DNA from: Sphaerodactylus townsendi
Taxonomy: Eukaryota
Direction of reading: 5' to 3'
DNA: 64,000 nucleotides
NCBI RefSeq assembly: GCF_021028975.2
Contig: NC_059437.1
Location: 33,914,001-33,978,000, forward strand
In this document: positions 62,574 to 64,000 of the stretch, piece by piece
Layout of the letters: each line of letters begins with the position of its first letter
Position numbering within the stretch: the first letter of the stretch is position 1
Position numbers and translations under genes: made by a program
The notes under the pieces: generated by a model
What the model was told of the DNA's origin: nothing
Database searches by the model: none
The model's input: the letters and a program-made list of their open reading frames with translations, nothing else

Positions 62574-62951
62574 AAACTGATCTTTGTAGTCTGGAGATTA
62601 ATTGTAATTCCAGGAGAAATCGAGGCCCCACCTTGAGCCTGATAATACCAACAAAAGATCCATCACGTTGCAGTGTGAGTCCCCACACAGAAGCAAGACA
62701 TTTTCCTTTTGTGAAAGGAAAGGTAGAACATGATTTTTCTGGATTGCACTGAATGAATCGGGTGTTCTGCTGGCAAAACATTTCACCTCTCTTTGTTTCC
62801 ACCCCAATTTTCTGCATCTGTCAACAATGTTATGTTATTTGATGGCCAAAGCAAAGGCTCTAATCAGACCCATGTGTGAAGGTCAACTTTTTCTCACCTA
62901 AATAGGAAAAAAATATCCTTGGGACCCATAGAGACAGGAATGGCATTGCTA

Positions 62952-63050
62952 AGGTCAAAGGGCAACCAGAATGCGGGTATTTACCATACTCATCTTTATT
63001 GGCCTGTCAGATTCCTTCTGTGAAGGCTGTTTACCTTGCTGACCAATCAG
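62952..63050 (+). promoter_or_regulatory. DR1 element and CCAAT box upstream of GST-theta copy 3
   Basis: AGGTCA-A-AGGGCA at 62952-62964; GACCAATCAG at 63041-63050. Confidence 0.55.
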
Positions 63051-63116
63051 ACGCTGAGGAACATGTTTCTGTTGGTTCCACTGGTGGAGGAAGTTACACT
63101 ACTGGACTTTTATAAA

Positions 63117-63228
63117 ATGGTGCTGGAACTCTACTTAGATCTACTCTCCCAGCCCTGCAGGGCGGTCTACATCTTCGCCAAGAAGAACAGCATCCCTTTC
63201 GTTGTGAAAAACATAGAGATGCTTAAAG
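63117..63228 (+). CDS. Glutathione S-transferase theta, copy 3; exon 1 only (rest lies beyond the window)
   Basis: [38 protein letters not shown]|gtgatc; 112-nt phase-1 exon, the same size as exon 1 of the other two copies. Confidence 0.9.
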
Positions 63229-64000
63229 GTGATCAGGAGCGAGGAGAAAGAAATCTGAAATATACTTTTCTGTCTCAGTTCTTTGACACATATGCACAGG
63301 TAGCATCCATTGTGTTCAAACAGATCAATTGTTTAGCAGTTTCTTCTCTAATAAGTTCAGTGGGAAGGGAGAGAGGCAGAAATGTAAAACAGATACGCAA
63401 TCACAATTTCGAGAGTGACAAGATTGATTTTAGCATAAGGTTTTGTTACTCAGAGCTCACTTTATCAGATACACTCCTATCTGGGATGGTTGTCAGCTTC
63501 AGGAAGGACATGTCTGGAAAGGTGGGGAGGAAGATAACACCTGATTGGCCAGTCAGAATAGCAGGATCAGTCCTGGGGATATCAAGAGGGTGACAGATGT
63601 TCCACCCAGATCACTTTCACATATACTTTATCAGATACATACATTTTATATTGATAAGGATGACGAATGTAAAGGCAGAAAACAACAGAAAGACAAGGGA
63701 GATGTTACATCTTTACAGTTTGTAATGGATATCTCAAGTCAGTGAAATAAGTAAGATGTAAAATCACAGGCAATTTTGTCAGGGACATCAGCCTGTAGAG
63801 GTTATGGATACTGGTATTCCTTTTTTTGCCATTTGTCATTGGGCCTTCAGAAATCCAGTTCTGCATCTTTCTGTCTCTGCTTCCTACTCTCCCAGAGTCT
63901 CATCTCCTGACATGGCTGAAGGGATTTACCCCAGGTACTACTCATCCCTTTGTAATCTGCCAGATACTTACACATGGCTTGAATAGTCGTTCTATGAGAG

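Noticed and set aside
63036-63593. 185-aa ORF as a single-exon protein
   Set aside because: Only 63117-63228 is GST-like; the remainder is read-through into an intron containing repeat remnants.
1-64000. CRISPR arrays, rRNA, tRNA genes, operon-like or phage systems
   Set aside because: None seen. The DNA is intron-rich vertebrate sequence, and the tRNA-like boxes belong to SINE heads.

Overview
This is vertebrate genomic DNA, not microbial. The repeat complement (Squam3/Sauria-type SINEs, Penelope elements, hAT MITEs) points to a squamate, probably a gecko. All genes lie on the + strand, in this order: the 3' half of a class II GLUT (SLC2A11-like) paralog, a complete 12-exon SLC2A11-like paralog (499 aa), MIF (3 exons, 115 aa), DDX51 (16 exons, 685 aa), and a tandem array of three theta-class glutathione S-transferases (one canonical 240 aa copy, one remodelled copy of about 265 aa, and exon 1 of a third). 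I built the exon models by hand from GT-AG boundaries and phase continuity; most entries in the ORF track are non-coding noise. I found no wholly new biological system. The most notable signals are: (1) the middle GST-theta gene has a rebuilt glutathione-site region, with two extra symmetrical phase-1 exons (57 nt and a 27-nt microexon) and an ES-to-EG change; (2) DR1 nuclear-receptor elements sit near the start of all three GST genes; (3) a perfect 5' splice site is regenerated at a DDX51 exon junction; (4) a Penelope hairpin carries two hammerhead-ribozyme cores next to a foldback with telomere-like ends; (5) both transporters end in C-T-x-L PDZ-type tails; (6) young hAT elements sit at the MIF and DDX51 promoters. 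Family names and comparisons to other species come from recall and were not database-checked.
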